Source: Callorhinchus milii
Taxonomy: Eukaryota
Reading direction: 5' to 3'
NCBI RefSeq assembly: GCF_018977255.1
Contig: NW_024704743.1
Span: 68,326,001-68,390,000 of the forward strand
DNA: 64,000 nt
The translations under genes and the position numbers were made by a program. Shown here in pieces: positions 38,157 to 52,125 of this stretch. Under the pieces are notes generated by a model. The model had not been told where the DNA came from and made no database searches. It was given only the letters and a program-made list of their open reading frames with translations. Position 1 is the first letter of the stretch. Each line of letters starts with the position of its first letter.

Positions 38157-39645
38157 TAAGAACATAAGAACATAAGAATTAGGAGCAGGAGTAGGCCATT
38201 CGGCCCTTCGTGCCTGCTCTGCCATTCAATAAGATCATGGCTGATCTTCTCACCTAACTCTGATTACCTGCCCTATCCCCATATCCCCTAATCTCTCTAT
38301 TTTTCAAGAATCTATCAGACTCAGCCTTGAAAATGTTCAAAGCTGGACTGAGCACCTACAGCCTTCTGGGTTAGTGAATTCCATAAGTTCACTACCCTCT
38401 GAGTGAAGAAATGTTTCCTCAACTCTGTTCTAAGAGGCTGACCCTTAATTTTAAGACTGTGACCCCTGGTTATAGATTCTCCTACCAGGGGAGACAGACC
38501 CTCTGTGTCTACTTTATCCAGCCCTTTAAGAATCTTATAAGTTTCAATAAGATCCCCCTAATTCTTCTGTACTCTAGAGAATACAGCCCTAGTTTATTCA
38601 GCCTATCCTCATAGGTCAGTCCCCTCATCCCAGGAACTAACCGAGTGAATCTACGCTGCACCCCCTCTAGGGCAAGTATGTCCTTTTTTAAATAAGGAAA
38701 CCAAAACTGCACACAATACTCTAGGTGCGGTCTCACCAAAGCTCTATACAGTTGCAGCAAGACTTCCCTACTCTTATATTCTAAACCTTTCGAAATGAAT
38801 GCTAACACGCCGTTCGCCTTCTCAGTTGCTTGCTGCACCTGCAAACTAACTTTTTGGGACTGGTGTACAAGGACACCCAAATCCCTTTGAATACTAACAC
38901 TATCTAACTTCTTCCCTTCCAGAAAATAATCTGTTCTTTTATTCTTGCTACCAAGGTGAATAATTTCACACTTGCTAATGAATTCCATCTGCCACCTACT
39001 TGCCCACTCCCCTGGCCTATCTATATCTTGTTGCAATCTTTTTGCATCATCCTGAGAGCTCACTCTGCTACCTAGTTTAGTATCATCCGCGAATTTAGAC
39101 ACATTACATTCAATGTCCTCGTCCAGATCATTGATGTAAATGGTAAATAGCTGAGGCCCAAGCACTGATCCTTGTGGCGCTCCACTAGTTACATCCTGCC
39201 AATTCGAGAATGATTCGTTTATCACTACTCTCTGCTTTCTACCCGATAGCCACTCTTCTATCCATGTTAATATTTTCCCATTAATCCCGTGGGCCTTGAT
39301 CTTGAGTAACAGCCTTTTGTGTGGCACCTTGTCAAATGCCTTCCTAAAATCCAAATATACCACATCTACTGGTTCCCCCTTATCCAACCTGCTGGATACA
39401 TCCTCAAAAAATTCTAAAAGGTTAGTCAAGCATGACTTCCCTTTTGTAAAGCCATGTTGACTCTGCCTAATCTTTTTATGGTCTTCCAGGTATCCCATAA
39501 CTACGTCTTTTATTAAGGACTCAAGAATTTTCCCTACAACTGACGTCAAACTAACTGGTCTATAGTTTTCCCTATTTTCTCTCCCACCCTTCTTAAATAG
39601 TGGAGTTACGTTTGCAATCTTCCAATCAATGGGAACCTTTCCCAT
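38157..39645 (-). mobile_element. CR1 LINE, 5'-truncated, near-intact RT domain
   Basis: 378-aa ORF with NYRPVSLTS, YLDFRKAFDKVPH, GAPQGSVLGP, KFADDTKL; (TCTTATGT)n tail. Confidence 0.97.
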
Positions 39646-42534
39646 TTATTCAGGATTAGATCATTTTCAGTTTCCTATTCCTATTGTGTGGGAAATTAAA
39701 AAAGGATAAATCTTGTATTTAAAATAGAAACTTCCAGCCACAAACACATCTATTTGATATGGAGCTTCATTCCAGATCAAAAGTCCTCTTTGGATATGTG
39801 CCAGGAGTATGTGACAGAACCCTGCTGAGGACACCTGTTTGATCTTCCCTTTTCTCTACAGGGATAGGCTTGGCCTCTGTTCCATGTCTCCCCACAAAGT
39901 GCAGATTAGAACTCAGCAGAGGATAAACTCCGATCTTCCCACTCTAGGGTACTGTATCTGATACTTCAGTTCACAGCAGCACTACCACCTTTGTTCCCAT
40001 AAATGGCTTTGCAGTATTACCTGTTCTTCTCTAAATCTCTCAAAATATTTTTCTCAGGCAGTTCATTCACAGATGCCATTCTCACAGTTTTTTCAGTTTT
40101 GTGAGTTGGGCTTTCAGCTTGTTTGCCCCCACTCCCTAGAATTCCATCCTGGGTCCCTCCGACTCCCTCTATCCATCACCTCTTTCAAGATCTGTCTCAA
40201 GACCTACCTTTTTGACTTATCTGTACCTCTTTGATATTTGGTCAACTGTCCCCTCCCCTCTAGCTCCCACCCTCACTTTAGAGGATAGTTAAGCACCTTG
40301 GGACATCCTCCTGATGTGAAAGGTGCTATACAAATGTTAATCTAGATTGTATTGTAAAAATGACTTCAAAGAAAAGACTGCACTTAACAATTTTCACCTG
40401 GAAAGCTACATAAATAGAATAAATTTAGATAATATTAATAATATTAATTATTAACAATAATATTAATAAACATTTGGTACTGTGACTTATCACGTCGATA
40501 AGATGTGTGGAAGTGCTTCACAGGAATCACTGACTCCATTAGTAGGCGAATGCCCCAAAATAAAGAAAAACAGTCTCTAGCTACTTGTAAAAAATGCTGG
40601 AATTCATACAACAACTTGCATTTACATAGCATCCTTCATACAAGTAGGATGTCGGACCACATCAGTGATGTGTATATGGACCACTGAGGATTACTAGGCA
40701 AGGAAAACAGTGTTACCTGTTGCAGTCTAAAGGCAGCAGGAAGCAAATCAATTACAAAAGCCATCTCTTGCATTTTTTTCATCAGTCTTCAAACGTATTA
40801 TGTTTTATGCAGTTTTCCTACATTATCAACATGTAGCAGGCACTTGTCAGAAAGACCTCCTGCAGTGAAGATGATGATTAAGAACAACTCATATTTAAAT
40901 AATTAAACTTCTTTCTTCCTCTGTTGGTTTGTCCTGAAACATTGCTGCCAACTTTGTAACTTTGTGATTGATGTCAAGGGAGAGGTGCAGTTATCCTGTC
41001 CCACTCCTATATTGATCGTTTTTTATAATAAATGATAATGATAATAATAATAATCGTTGCATTTGATGTAGCATTTTATCAAATAGCCAAAGCATGTTAA
41101 AGCTCTTCATAGTACTGCAGAATGTTGTAACTGTACATTTTGTAGTCAAACATGGCAGCCAATTTGTGCACTGCAGTGGCACACATAAAGCAAATGGGAC
41201 TGAATAGATTGAGCTTTCAAAGAGCATGCACCGACACAATGGACCAAATGACCTTCTTCTGTGCTGTAAATTTCTCTGGTTCTAAAGTGATTAATTGTGT
41301 GCAGTGCTTTCAAATGGTTTAACATGACGAAATGCTACATCAAATTCAAATACAGTACTGTGGAACTGGAATGTCATACTAGGTTTAGGTTTCCGACATG
41401 GGGCCTAACCAACAACCTTTTGACCGAGAATCGAAAATGTTACGAACTAAGCCAAGCAGAATCCTCGTCTAGAGGCATATGCCAAGACACAGGAATATTT
41501 CAGTATCTATATTTCAGTAGATACATTTTAGTGAAATTTGTCCATAGGATCTATGTATGTTGGGACTTTTATTACATTGTCATCGTGCACAATGGCAGGT
41601 ATTTAAGATGAACTTCGCAGTACATCACATAAGTCCTTAAGAAATTCAACACAATAAATTTGTCTTGAAACTATCATTCTATACCAACACCTTGGGACGT
41701 CCTCCCGACGTGTTTGTGGGACACTGCTGTGCACAATTGGCTGCCACGTTTCGCCCACAAATATACAGTCAATTCACTTTACAGTATATACTGCAAAGCG
41801 CTTTGAGACATCTAGAAGACGTGAAAATCGCTATATCAAATGCAAGGATTATTATCATTATTAAACCGAATGTTCTCTTGAAGGATATACATACTGTCTA
41901 AATTTAAGATAAAATTGCTAGAAAAAACATGTGAATTGGTGATCCACATTGCAACAGAGCTAACAGGAGAACACTAAAAGATTAATAATTGTTCATGTAT
42001 GTATAAGCATGACCAATAAAGCTAAAAGACAGAGATTATAGTTACTGCAGTTTAATGTACTCTCCTGCTGTGGCAAATTGTACTTGATGTATGAGTGCCG
42101 ATTATTCAGATAAGTGCCCAGCAAATTACAGCTTTTTCAGAAACATGTTAGAGTATTAATAGAATAAATACATTTTAAGTTCTCAGTCAAAATTATCATC
42201 AATAACTTTATTTTTAGTGAGGAGTCCTGAAAAGGTATTTATTGTGTTGACTCACATTATTAATACTAAAGTCCATTTTGTACAACAACTATAATCTCAA
42301 ATGTCTCAAAGTCCTTCACAAAGTTTCTGTAAGCTGTAGTGAATAGTTTAATTTGTAGGCAAATATGCCAGTCAATTTGCACAAAGCAATATACCACAAA
42401 CAGCCATGAAGTGAGTGACTAATTTGATCTGGAAGATTGTTGGCCAGGCTAGTTAATGATCCATCTTCTTGGAACAAACATTCCCCACAAGATTGTTTCT
42501 TTGAATTACTAGAGTAATCAACATTCAACTCCTG

Positions 42535-42880
42535 GTAACCTTGCAAACCAAAGGCCTAACGGGTAGGGTGGTCCTAGCTGGACAGGCAATGGGAAAGATT
42601 ACCAGACAGTGTTATCAATGGCAAGTTATATGGATTTAGCTGGTTAAACTCCATCAGTTACCCCAATGCACACTCTGGGGTCCCCAAGTCTTGGTTCCTG
42701 ATAACCTGCACCGGAATTAGGTAATCAGGATGTGTCCCTCCAGGGAGAGAGTGCACACTCCATTTTAACAATCTCTCTCTGGATGTGCATTTGGGAGGCA
42801 AGAAATTCTCAGCTTGGTTTGGATACTCCAAACTTAAGCATTCTGATGGGTTTCAGCATGTGTCAGATACCCTGCTGACC
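42535..42880. mobile_element. Unclassified hairpin-rich dispersed repeat, copy B
   Basis: Uninterrupted homolog of copy A from gtaaccttgc to gtcagataccctgctgacc. Confidence 0.8.
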
Positions 42881-43789
42881 AAAGAAAAATTGCTAGAGGG
42901 AGCCAATGACAAGAAAATTCACCACCAAACAGTAATTCAGTATTAGATTTTCGGCAAAAGCTATGAATCCATAGGTCAAGAAAAAACTGCAATAGAATAT
43001 CCAAAGGAGTTGTTGTCTCTCGAGGAAGAACCTCATCACAATGCCCAGACTGAGAACAAATGTGTGGCAGAAATGCCTTTGTTCTTATATTGTTTCAAAT
43101 TGATAATCAGCTGCATTATTTCCAGGCCAGATCTCAGAGTCCCGTAGTATATTAAGAAATTGGGAGGAGTCTCAGGGTTAAAAACGTGTTTGGAAAATAT
43201 ATAGTAGATGGATGAAATTTCCCAGGTCAGTAAAATCAGTATCAATTTCAGTAACTAATATTCATCAGAAATTTAAGCCCCAGACATTTTATCTGTAAGT
43301 ACAAACTACCAAATGATGAGGATTTCTGTTTTACCAGAGCATTGCTTAGAAATTACGGGGCCACACTTGACCTTTAAGGGTAGCTTTGCTTTGTCTCTGG
43401 TGACTGATTTTGCAATTATAGATACAGAAGTTTCCGCTGGTCAGTGAAATCTGTATTTCTTCCTTTAAACTACCAATTAATTATGTGCAGATTCTGTGTT
43501 GACCATTACTAACTAAAGAAACCACATTTATCTTTGCTCTTCCATCACCTCATTTATATCTGCAGGACAGATTATTAGACCCACTGATACCATAATTCAA
43601 GGGAAAAGGTACATGGTTAATCCAGCATTTATTCAGATGATTCCTGGGTGGAGAGAATATAGTTACATAGTAAATTTCAGGCAGGCATAGGCATTGGTCC
43701 ATCTAGCCTACTCTGCTTACCCATCCAACTTCTACAGAGATATGTTCAGAGACTTTAAAAGTTGGCACAGGTTTTGTTGGACCAAAGAA

Positions 43790-44450
43790 AGTTATGGGGC
43801 TGTTTAATAGAAGTTTTACATTTCTGAATGCTTTTGATAGGGTAACCAAAGAGAGACTACATCCCCTATTTGGTGAGCCGGTAACAAAACCACACCTTGG
43901 GATTATTAACAGAAAAAAAGGGGGAAGTTAGAAGATTTTCTTTTTGCAGATGGCTGTTAAAACATAAAATAACTTGCCAAGCCCATAACAGGATTTACAA
44001 CAGCAACAACAAAATTACATTTGTATAGTGCCTTTCACGTTGGGAGGACGTCCCAAGGCCCTGGACAGAAGAGCTATAGACCCAAGCTGAGGGTCAGGAT
44101 AAGGGGGGGTTGAGGGAAGGGGGGGAAGCAGGGAGATCGAAAGCATGGTCGAAGAGGAGGGTCTTCAGGTGGATCTTGAAGGTGGTAAGGGAGGGGGTGA
44201 GACGGAAGGACTGTGGGATGGAATTCCAGAATGTGGGTGCAGAGTGGCGGAAGGCCCGCCCGCTGATAGTGAAGCGAGCAAGGCGGGGGACGTGAAGCTG
44301 GAAATTGGTTAAATACTTCAGAAGAAATAGTATTAAAGGGTAGGGGAAAGGGCAAAGGGGTTGGAGTAGATTGGTCCAGCAGAGGATTTGGCACCAGTAC
44401 AGAAGAAATGGGCCAAATACCTCTTGTGGTGCAAAGTTTCTATGATATTA
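43790..44450. mobile_element. Old CR1 3' fragment (+) interrupted by an L2 3' fragment (-, about 43998-44295)
   Basis: CR1-like sequence stops near 43985 and resumes near 44300; the L2 tail with (TTG)n lies between. Confidence 0.7.
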
Positions 44451-45209
44451 TAATGTTGAAGACCATATATACTTGCCATTTCCTATTGCAGTACAACAGC
44501 CAGAAAGAGGGATGAAGATGGGTTTGACTCACACAAAAGAACAACTGAGACCTACAATTACAAAAACTTATGGTGAATGTAATGTTTAGAAGAGTACTAA
44601 AGTTCAACAATGTTTTAACACTGAATCCGAGTTAAACCCAGCTGTTTTACAGTTAATGAGGACTGCAGTTGCTTCAGCAGTGACTGTAATGATTAGGAAA
44701 ATGTGTGCTCAATGGGGCATTTTGCCATTGAAACTATAATAGCGTGTGTTTAATTTAACATTATATGTTCTCCACTTTAGAGCTTTCAAGACAGTTTCAT
44801 GACTTGATTGATATCAAGGTGGATTATTCATAATAGAATTACACTTTTGTGGATAGTTTTTATCCTACTGCCCCTCCCAATAAAGCTTTAAGTACAAAAG
44901 CAACCATTTACCAGCATTTTTATGTTTTCTTGCTCCAGGCTATCTCAAAGCAGTTTGACTACTTTTTCAATTTATTCTCTTCTCTCATTCAGTTCTCCTT
45001 GCACCACGGGCTAATCACAAGCACTCAAGGAGCTTCTGTCTCTCAGAGAGAGAGCATTCACTGTCCTCCCAGCAGTCCAGCTCCACTGGTATTCCATAAT
45101 ATTCTCTCAGACAGCTCAGTAAAGAATTTTCCAATGACAGTATAGAAACTATAGCTCCCTCCCCATATGCCCTTTTTTTACTGCTCATGTATATAAATAT
45201 TTATTATTA

Positions 45210-45885
45210 TGCAAGCAAGAGAACCTGGGTTTGATTCCCGGCAGGGCAAAACTTTGGGCAAGTTTCCTTACTCCACATGTCTCTGTTTACCTAGCAGTAG
45301 GTAGGAACCCGGTTGTTAGTCGATTGGCAGATTGCTTTCTGGGGGTAATAATAATGTGCACAATTGGCTGCCACCATTTTCCCACAAATATACAGTTAAT
45401 TCACTTTACAGTATATTTTGTGAAGCGCATGGAGACATCTCGAACAAATGCAAGGATTGTTATTATAATAATAAGCCCTGAGTTTGATATAGTGCCTTGT
45501 CAAGTCAAAACATCTCAAAGAGTTCTCAGAGTTTCTCTGTAAAGTGTAGTGACTGTGAATTTGTAGGTAAGTGTGGCAGCCAATCTGCGAACAGCAATGT
45601 CCCACAAACAGCCAAGAAGTGAATGGTTGAATCGTTTTAAAGCATTGTTCGCTAGAACTGCCTTCTCTTTCAAATATAATTTTTTAAGTCCTCCTGAACA
45701 AGTAGATGGGATTTCATTTTAATATCTCATTTTAAGGGCAGAACATCTCACAATGCAGCCTTCCCTCAGCACTGCATGGGATTGACAGCCTGCAATATGA
45801 GTTCACAAAGTCTTGACGTGGAGGTTGAACCCACAATCTTCTGACTCAGAGGCAAAAGTGCTACCAACTGAACCAGGCTGACACC
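45210..45885. mobile_element. tRNA-Ala-headed SINE long variant (+, 45210-45473) tail-to-tail with an old DeuSINE-type SINE (-, 45480-45885)
   Basis: ttgggcaagtttccttactccacatgtctctgtttacctagcagtagg; opposite-strand head ttgaacccacaatcttctgactcagaggc. Confidence 0.8.
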
Positions 45886-47647
45886 CTGATTTATCAAGTT
45901 TTACTTTTGACTGATTCAATTGACTGAAACTTTTGCTAATGAATTCCAAATCGTCACTACCGTCTGAATCAAGGAATTCCTTCTTTCTTGTTCCATTCGG
46001 GTACTTAAATGCTGAAAAGTGTAAATACTATAGATTTAAACAGGTTATTTGAATTGCAGCAAAGTAGAGGACAAGAGTAATATATAGGTTTAAAATTTAA
46101 AATAGGTTAAAAAGCCTCCAGACTGACAAAAATATAACAACTTGTATGGGTAGAGCTAGAACTCTTCAACTTTAAAATGGCTTATCTCAGAGGGGCCATT
46201 ATGTAGATATATAAGGTACTGAATGGGATCGAGAAAATTAATCTGGAACAATCCGTTTAGATATACTGAGGCAGCAGCAACAACAACAGCAACAACACCT
46301 TGCACTTATATAGGCCCTCCACAAAGGGTAGCGTCTCAGAGCGCCTAACAGTGGCAGAGCCTGATTCCCAGCCAGGGGGGGAGAGGTGATCGTAAGCACG
46401 GTCAAAAAAAAGGTTTTCAGGCAGGACTTGAAAAAGGGTACAGGGAGCAAGGCAGAGGGATTGAGTGAGTGTTCCACAGTGTCGGGGCAAAGTGGCTGAA
46501 TACGCAACCTCCAATGGTGAAGCGGCGGGCGTGAGGGACAAGCAGGAGGCAAGATGTTAGAATCAGGTTGAGAACAACTTCAGGACAGAGCAGGAAATGT
46601 TTCTCTACATAGAAAACTACACAGAGGATAGCAGCTTAGGATGGAATAGTAGAGATTCACCTTTAATGCTGACAATATACCCTATAGAAACTCTGTGAAG
46701 TGCATTGAGACATTCTCAATGTTAAAAGCACGATATATTAAAATTAACGTTGGTTGTGGACACACATATATTCAGTTTGTGCCCGATTACCTTTGGTAAG
46801 CAGGTGATATCGATGCAGAACTTTGCCTCAGCAAAGTTGACTTATTATGTTGCTTAAATTTGGTGAAACCTTTTACATCAACCACCTCACTTATTTTCCT
46901 TCCCTTTACCCTGTACACTTCCATCCTATTTTTGGTGTCACCCCAGCCATACTGAAGCTAAAGCCTCAATCACTGCCCTATCTATCCCCGAATCTGAGGC
47001 CATTGGGCATCAAGTTTGAGCTTGATATCCAGCTGTTTGATCATATAAATGGGCTTTAGCATCAGGTACTGTGTGGGCAATTTCAATAATATGATTAATT
47101 AGGAAAATGTCCAAAGATAAACTGAATTTGTTTCACAACATCACAAGAAAGGCATGGGTGAAGAAGGCCCCTGGTCCATTTGAACCCATCCCTCCACACT
47201 TGCAGCTTTTCTTCTTTCATTAACTGAGGTTCAGTTGTGAAATGTCAGTAGGAACGAAAAATGTTGGACAAAAAATGTTGACAAATAAAAGCACGTTGCA
47301 TTTATCTTTTCAAATCCCACTGCTCCGTGTGAAACCTTGAAAAAGAAAAATGTTCATTTTAAAAATAAATGATTTGAAGTGAACTTTATCATTTGCAATG
47401 TGTTAAATGAGTAACTTATTTGAGCCTCATGACTCATAGTAATTCATAATCCTTTAGAAATTATTATTCATGTTTTGTATTAAACGTAATTATGTAAATT
47501 TAAAATATAGATTCTGTTTGTGTGCAATGATCCAAAGTATGCCTTGCACCTAATATTACGAAATACCAGGCACATTCTTGGTTTATTTGCTGGAAAGCTG
47601 CCATTCTGGTCTAATATCTCAAAAATTGGTCTTGAAATATAACATGC

Positions 47648-48791
47648 ATTGTAAGAAAGATAGAAGCCCATGGTATAAAAGGGACAGTGGCAGCATGGAT
47701 CCAGAATTGGCTGGGAGACAGAAAGCAGGGAGTTGTGGTGAACGGCCGCTTTTCTGACTGGAGGGAAGTGTACAGTGGCGTCCCCCAGGGATCGGTATTA
47801 GGACCACTGCTCTTCTTAATATACATAAATGATCTGGACTTGGGTATAGCAAGCACCATTTCCAAGTTTGCGGATGACACAAAGTTAGGTAGGGTGGTAA
47901 ACAGTGAGAAGAATGGTAGCCAACTGCAGGAAGACACAGACAGAATGGTAAAATGGGCAGACACATGGCAGATAAATTTCAATGTGGAGAAATGCGAGGT
48001 AATGCATTTTGGTAGAAAGAATGAGGGGAGGCAATACAGGCCAGATAATGCAATCTTACGGGGGGTGAAAGAACAGAGAGATCTGGGGGTTCAGGTAAAT
48101 GAATCCTTGAAGGTGGCAGGACAGGTAGATAAAGCTGTAAAAAGGGCATATGGGATACTGGGCTTTATAAATAGGGGCATAGAGTACAAGAGTCAGGAGG
48201 TTATGATTAACCTATATAAAACACTGGTTAGGCCTCAGTTAGAATACTGCGCCCAGTTCTGGGCACCACACTATAGGAAGAATGTTAAGGCATTGGAAAG
48301 GGTGCAGAGGAGATTTACAAGGATGGTACCAGGAATGAGGGGCCTTGATTATGAGGAAAGGCTAGAGAGGCTGGGATTATCCTCATTGGAGCAGAGATGG
48401 TTACGAGGAGACCTAATAGAGGTCTTCAAAATCGTGATGGAATATGATAGGTTAGAAAGGTAAAAACTGTTTCCACTGGTGGGTGTGTCGGTGACTCGAG
48501 GTCACAGATTTAAAATAGTATCTAAAAGAAGCAGAGGGGAGGTGAGAAGAATTTTTTTCACACAGCGAGTTGCTTGAATCTGGAACGCATTGCCTGAAAG
48601 AGTGGTGGAGGCTGATTCGATAACTACTTTTAAAAACACGGGGGACGGGTATTTGAGGAGGATGGGTTTGCCGGGTTATGGGGAAAGGGCTGGGGAGTGG
48701 GATTGACATTAATTGCTCTATTCAAAGAGCCGGCACAAACTCGATGGGCCGAATGGCCTCTTTTTGTGCTGTATGATTCTATGATTCTATG
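47648..48791 (+). mobile_element. CR1 LINE, 5'-truncated, RT domain and 3' tail
   Basis: 258-aa ORF with GVPQGSVLGPLLFLIYINDL, KFADDTKL, RPQLEYCAQFWAP; (ATTCTATG)n tail; a different subfamily from the other two large copies. Confidence 0.97.
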
Positions 48792-49976
48792 CTAAGGCTT
48801 AAGGAAGACTAAAAATCATGAGCTGGAAGTCCAATGCCACAGCTCAACTTCACAGACATCACCTTCGAGAATTACTCTGGGGAGAAGGAGGGTTTCACCT
48901 CCTGCACAATCAATTTGATAAATAATACTACAACTACTACTGCAACTTGTATTTAGATTACTCTCTTCACCCTGGCTAGAGTATCGAATGCTTGTTACTA
49001 TATCTAATTATATTTTACTTTCTTGGTATTTCACACTGTCTTATGTCATGCCTATTCAGTACTGTATACAATATTGTGCTTTTTAAAAAATATATTTAAT
49101 ATTGTGCTTTTTCAACTGCTTATACTGCAGTATATTTTTCTTAGTATTTCATGCTGAACTTTCTCAGTTCTTAAAACTATGCTACTCTCAAAACTTTATA
49201 ATGTATCTTCTCAGTATTTCTCCTGTACTCAACTTTTCTAAGTACTTTGTAATACATTAGTGAAGGTAATTCATACCGCACTTGCTGATAAGGTGCTGTA
49301 TCAAATGCAAGGATTATTGTTATAATTATAATACTAATTCAGACCCTGGGTTAATCTGAAAATGGTCAGAATTCTGCTTTTGTCAACAAATCACTGCCCA
49401 AATCATGGCATATTGCTGCTAACTATATCATTGAACGTAACCGTACTCATTAGCAAAGATCAAGTGGGTTACTTAAGCTGTTATGTGGTTTGATTCACAT
49501 TATCAAACAATTTGCATTACATTGTATGGGTTAAATTACCATCATGTGAGCAGTAGCTAGAGTCATGACATGGCTGGGTAGCTTTCCTCCAAGCAGGCTT
49601 CACACCTGCATCAAACAGAATGACTCTGGATGTGGTACCTTTTAATATAGGGAAATGAAAAGGCTATTTAGAACTCCTAAATTAATGAATTTAAGTTTGA
49701 ACAGAATACAATAACCCAGATTTCTGTTCGCGCTGCAATTTGTATTTATTGCTGATCAATAACATTTCACACTTGATTGACAATTGCTGAAAGTAAGTAA
49801 CAGAGGTGCCTCAATGAGGATACTACAATTACACTTAATACCTTGGAGAAACCACAACACAGAAATCAATATTTAGATGAGAGTGTCATTTCACTAACAC
49901 TAAACATTTACAAATTCTGGCAATAGGGTATGTTTCTTGACAATTGCTAACACTAGCATTTGCATCATAGTCACTT

Positions 49977-50630
49977 ACAACAACAACAGATTACATTTGT
50001 ATAGCGCCTCTCATGTCGGGAAGACGTCCCAAGGTGCTGAACAGCCAGGGATTTGGACCCGACCGGGGATGGGATCAGGAGGGGTGGAGGCCAGGGAGGG
50101 TAGAAGGGTGGCTGAAGGCATGGTCGAAGAGCAGGGTTTTGAGTTGAACCTAGATGTGATGAATGTGTGGATGAGAGTTTTGGCGGCCTGAGGGGTGAGG
50201 CAGTGGTGGAGGCGAGCAATGTTGAGGAGATGGAGGAAGGCAGAGCGGGTCATAGCACGGACGTGGGATAGAAAGGATAGATGAGGGTCAGAAAAGATGC
50301 CAAGGTTCCAGACTGGCTTAGCAAGGTGGAGTGTCAACCATGGATGGTGATGCTGTCAGTGCCTGAGGTGTGGAGGCGCTGATGGGAGCCAATCAGGAGG
50401 GCTTCAATCTTGTTGACATTCAACTGGAGAAAGGTAGATTTCATCCTAACTCATCCAAGTTTTATCCAGGACTTGATGTCTGACAACCATTCTGTCAGGA
50501 AGAGTAGTGGTCCTGGAGTTGAGGGTGGAGGCAGAGAGAGAGATTTGGGTGTCATCTGCATGCACGTGGAGGTTTACTCCAAGTCTGCAGTTGATGTCAC
50601 CAAGAGGGAGCATATACATGTTGCAGAGAG
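49977..50630 (-). mobile_element. L2 fragment with internal deletion
   Basis: NLGIFSDPHLSF..HV...RSAFLHL.NIARL...AAKTLIHTFITSR; L2 tail. Confidence 0.85.
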
Positions 50631-50834
50631 GTGAATATGCAATATGCGATTATTGCCAGTGATAATTATCACATCTCATGACATTCCACTCCTGGAAATA
50701 TCCCAGTGGATAACTACCATGGGTGAACATGGTCACTCATCCCCAACTTTGTTCAAATGGCACCAATCAGGCAGAGTCTCCCTTGATCCTGCTGCAGCGC
50801 AGATTCCAGCATTTCAGTGCAAGCATGACATGTG

Positions 50835-50975
50835 TTAGCTTCATTCAGTGTTCATCTCTGAGACCTGAGTTGGATGTCAGGCCAGAATGACTGATGATTG
50901 ACTGCTCCTTTTGGCTGTTGGTTGAAAGGCTCCAATGTGAAGTGAATTTGGGAAATCTCAACCTGGTTTCTAATA
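50835..50975 (+). mobile_element. Possible LF-SINE-like fragment (weaker second copy near 62185-62470)
   Basis: ttcatctctgagacctgagttgg...ggctgttgg...atgtgaagtgaatttggg...tctcaacctggtttcta resembles the recalled LF-SINE 5' half. Confidence 0.4.
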
Positions 50976-51795
50976 TTTCACTCACAAAATGCAGTCAATT
51001 CACTTTACAGTAGTATATCCTATGAAGCGTTTTGAGACGTCTCAACAAAGCTATATCAAATGCAAGGATTATTATTTTATTATTTTTATAGTAGCTATTG
51101 GCTCACTACACAAAAATGACGATTAATTTCATACTTTGTCAACCTCGCCGAGGAATATGTAAAACAGACATGTTACTAAAGTAGGAGGAGATGTCTGTTA
51201 TTGGAGCACATTAGAGGGAACTTTACTTTGAGTGTAACTGTTCTATACCTGACCTACTTGCAACTACTGAAAATTCACAACTTTGTTTAGCCACCAAATA
51301 CAAGTATTGTGCAGCCCTGAAATTGAAGTAATTCCTACAGCCAAATCGCAAAGAACTTTTGTATAGCCTTATATCTACTTACAAAAAGAGTCCTCTTTTA
51401 TATATATATTCCTTAGATTTAATGTAGTGGCTTAATCACTTTCAAGCATTCTCCCGACATGAAATATAAATGTAAATTGCATTGTATTATCATGTCATTG
51501 AGATATCTCACAGGATTTATTATATAGTGTGGCGTATTGTATTTGTTGAACGCAGCAACCAATTTGTGCACAGCAATATCTCACAAAAACCCATGAATTG
51601 AATGACCAATTTTAGCGAGAGGATTGTCGACAAGGAAACCAGGAGAAACTCCCTTCTCTTTTCAAGTCATGACTTGCATTGCTAATATCCACCTGAACAG
51701 ACAGATTGGACTTTGTTATAATGTCTCATCTGAAAGCCGGCACCAACCACAATGCAGAGTTCTCCTCCAGCGAAACATTGGAGCGTCAACCTAAC

Positions 51796-52125
51796 ATGGT
51801 CCCAGCTATACAGTCAGTGAGAAGCTGCCAGGCAGTGCTTTCAATGACAAGCTACGTAGTTTTAGCTCATTAAACTCCAGCAGCATCCCAATACACACAC
51901 TGGGCTCCCCAAGCCTTGGCTCTTGCCAACCTACACTAACACTCTCCAGAATTAGGTAAGCAGGATGCATCCCTCCAGAGATAAGGTGCACGTTCCATTC
52001 TGGAGCCTTGACAATTTCCATGTGTAGGCGGCAAACATATGCAGAACTCTTTGCCTAATTTGGATACTCTTAAGCATGGTAATGGCACGTACCCTACTAG
52101 TTAAGGCTTTGGCTTGCAGGGTTAA
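51796..52125. mobile_element. Unclassified hairpin-rich dispersed repeat, copy C, with inverted terminus at 52091-52125
   Basis: Body matches copies A and B; it ends accctactagttaaggctttggcttgcagggttaa, the reverse complement of the left end of A and B. Confidence 0.8.

Noticed and set aside
38509..39645. 378-aa RT ORF (and those at 27006-27944 and 47687-48463) as host genes or autonomous elements
   Set aside because: 5'-truncated CR1 copies with no endonuclease or ORF1, and with frameshifts or early stops.
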